Below are positions 62,021 through 64,000 of a DNA stretch of 64,000 nt, in pieces (positions within the stretch are counted from its first letter, which is position 1; the number at the start of each line of letters is the position of its first letter). The notes beneath the pieces are model-generated. The model worked only from the letters and a program-made list of their open reading frames with translations. It did not search any database and was not told the origin of the DNA. Source of the stretch: an uncultured Bacteroidales bacterium (GTDB lineage: Bacteria; Bacteroidota; Bacteroidia; Bacteroidales; UBA932); contig ONMJ01000006.1 in NCBI GenBank assembly GCA_900318955.1, positions 33,586 to 97,585 on the forward strand. Reading direction: 5' to 3'. Made by a program: the position numbers and the translations under genes.

Positions 62021-62761
62021 ATGGAAAATAAGTTCAATATAATATGGTATAACGAGTTGGATTCGACCAACAGCGAGGCTCTGAGGCACATAGACGACTT
62101 TGACAATTTGTCAGTGATAGCTGCGAAATGTCAGAGCAAAGGAAGGGGGCAAAGAGGGAACCGTTGGTTCTCAGCACCAGGAGAGAATCTGACATTTTCC
62201 ATTGTACTTAAACCGGGAGCAGATGGCCTCAGAAAGATTTCCGTAAGGGATTATTTCGATCTCAACAGAGTATCATCATTATCCGTAGTATCGTTTCTAT
62301 CAATCCTCGGAGTTGACGCCTCAGTAAAATGGCCCAACGACATCTACGTCAAGAACCGGAAGATTTCAGGCATATTGATAGAGAATAGCCTGGCAGGCGA
62401 AGAGATAGCTTCGTCTGTCATCGGAATTGGAATCAATCTCAACCAGACTGATTTCCCGGAGCTCTCGAACGCTACCTCCGTGAAGATAATCACGGGAAAC
62501 TCTTTCTCTGTCGAAGACGCGCTGGAGTTGTTCTGTAAAGAGTTTGGAAAGACCATTTCTCTACTGGGAAGCAATTCATTGTCAGAGACATATGAAGAAA
62601 AGCTTTTTCAAAAAGGACGCCTTTGCCGATACTCTGACTACATTCGGGACAGAGAGTTTGATGGAATAATAAAAGGCGTCACTGAATCAGGACGCCTTAT
62701 CGTAAAAGAAGGTGAAGAGGAAAGGACTTACGCTTTCAAGGAAATAGGTTATATTCTCTGA
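62021..62761 (+). CDS. birA: Biotin--[acetyl-CoA-carboxylase] ligase (no HTH)
   Basis: DSTN, QSKGRGQRGNRW, KWPNDI, KISGILIE, GIGINLNQ. Confidence 0.93.
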   Translation: MENKFNIIWYNELDSTNSEALRHIDDFDNLSVIAAKCQSKGRGQRGNRWFSAPGENLTFSIVLKPGADGLRKISVRDYFDLNRVSSLSVVSFLSILGVDASVKWPNDIYVKNRKISGILIENSLAGEEIASSVIGIGINLNQTDFPELSNATSVKIITGNSFSVEDALELFCKEFGKTISLLGSNSLSETYEEKLFQKGRLCRYSDYIRDREFDGIIKGVTESGRLIVKEGEEERTYAFKEIGYIL

Positions 62762-63399
62762 CGCATAGCCTTTATAGCCGCCTCGGGATCCTCAGCCCTG
62801 AAAACAGAACTTCCTGCGACCAGAATTCCAGCCCCGACCTCTTCGAGTGCCCCCGCATTTGCCGGGCTTACTCCCCCGTCAACCTCGATAGGTATATCAA
62901 GTCCCTCACTTTCAATTCTTTCCTTAAGTCGGGCTATCCTGCCATATGTAGATTCTATGAACTTTTGCCCGCCAAAACCGGCAAATACGCTCATAAGAAG
63001 CACATAATCAACTTCTCCGAGATATGGGAATAAGGTCTCGACCGGGACATCCGGATTAATGACGAGTCCGGCTTTCATTCCGAATGAACGGATCAAAGAA
63101 AGCGTTTCATTTGTCTTATCGAGCGCAGCCTCATAGTGGAAACTCAGCATACTGACACCGACAGAAGCGAATCTTTCGACATACTTCCAAGGCTCGACTA
63201 TCATAAGATGGGCATCCAGAGGCTTCTCGGCAACCTTTGAAATGGCTTCAACCACGGGAAACCCAAAAGAAATATTTGGGACAAAGGTCCCGTCCATTAT
63301 GTCGAGGTGGAAAATGTCGGCGTATTTGTTTACGATTTCGACGTCATCTGCGAGATGGAGGAAATCGGCAGCGAGTATCGAGGGTGCGATTTTAAGCAT
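62749..63399 (-). CDS. rpe: Ribulose-phosphate 3-epimerase
   Basis: IAPSILAADF, HLDIMDG, DAHLMI, MSVFAGFGGQ, EVDGG. Confidence 0.95.
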   Translation of the reverse strand: MLKIAPSILAADFLHLADDVEIVNKYADIFHLDIMDGTFVPNISFGFPVVEAISKVAEKPLDAHLMIVEPWKYVERFASVGVSMLSFHYEAALDKTNETLSLIRSFGMKAGLVINPDVPVETLFPYLGEVDYVLLMSVFAGFGGQKFIESTYGRIARLKERIESEGLDIPIEVDGGVSPANAGALEEVGAGILVAGSSVFRAEDPEAAIKAMRQRI

Positions 63400-63403
63400 A
63401 TAA

Positions 63404-64000
63404 CTACTTGAAATTGACTACAATATCTTCAAGGAGATCCACAAATTTATCAAGGGAAGCAAGTTCCAGGCATTCTCCCGGAGCATGGACACCGCGAAGT
63501 GTCGGACCGAATGAGATCATGTCAAGATCAGGGAACTTCTCCAGGAAGAGTCCGCACTCCAGACCGGCATGAATAGCCTTGACCTCAGGATCTTTATTGA
63601 ACAGCTTGCGATAAGAAGCAACGCTCTCTTTAAGGATACGGGAATCCATGTTAGGCTTCCAACCGGGATATTCAGACTTGTGCTCCACATCGGCACCTCC
63701 GAGAAGAAGGGTCGCTTCAACCTTCTCTGCTATTCCATGAAGCTCTGTCGTTACGGAACTTCTCTGGCTGGTAATTACTGTGAAAACTTTCTTTTGCGAA
63801 TCCTGCTTTACTGCAGCAAGGTTGGTGGAAGTCTCTACGAGTCCTTTTATATCTGTGCTCATCGCAACCACCCCATGAGGGCAAGCGGTCAACGATGAAA
63901 TAATCCTAACCGTATCCTCCTCAGCAATAGGCTCTTGTTCGCACTTACATGAAGCTGCGCTGAACATAAGGTCCGGCTCCGTGTTCTTGAACTCTGAGGC
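63404..64000 (-). CDS. pepD: Aminoacyl-histidine dipeptidase PepD (3' part; starts beyond the window)
   Basis: VETSTNLA, YPGWKPN, IHAGLECG, ISFGPT...HAPGE; frame is open to position 64000. Confidence 0.9.
   Translation of the reverse strand, partial: ASEFKNTEPDLMFSAASCKCEQEPIAEEDTVRIISSLTACPHGVVAMSTDIKGLVETSTNLAAVKQDSQKKVFTVITSQRSSVTTELHGIAEKVEATLLLGGADVEHKSEYPGWKPNMDSRILKESVASYRKLFNKDPEVKAIHAGLECGLFLEKFPDLDMISFGPTLRGVHAPGECLELASLDKFVDLLEDIVVNFK

Overview
Gene-dense (~55 CDS) core-chromosome window from a Bacteroidales bacterium; the taxon is inferred from TAnnTTTG promoters, TatA/TatC without TatB, NigD and TamL-like genes. No rRNA, tRNA, CRISPR array, transposase, integrase or prophage was seen. 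It holds a complete glycine cleavage operon (lplA-gcvT-gcvH-gcvPA-gcvPB-lpdA), a NigD/ECF-sigma/dual-membrane anti-sigma module downstream of a PrsW protease, and housekeeping genes (valS, tatAC, queA, rlmD, rarA, pfk, ligA, relA/spoT, ispG, psd, cdsA, ftsH, rsfS, birA, rpe, pepD). Strongest non-ORF signal: a XerCD dif-like site at 34837-34864, suggesting the replication terminus, consistent with the overall gene orientation. Other notable items: two apparent pseudoenzymes (an RluA-family synthase with HRME for HRLD, missed by the ORF track, and an intact PyrD-like ORF stripped of catalytic motifs), an XRE regulator beside an AT-rich region with perfect inverted repeats, a tandem FGE-domain lipoprotein with lesions in both domains, and strong TCCGGA enrichment. 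Functional calls come from motif recognition only; no database searches were run.
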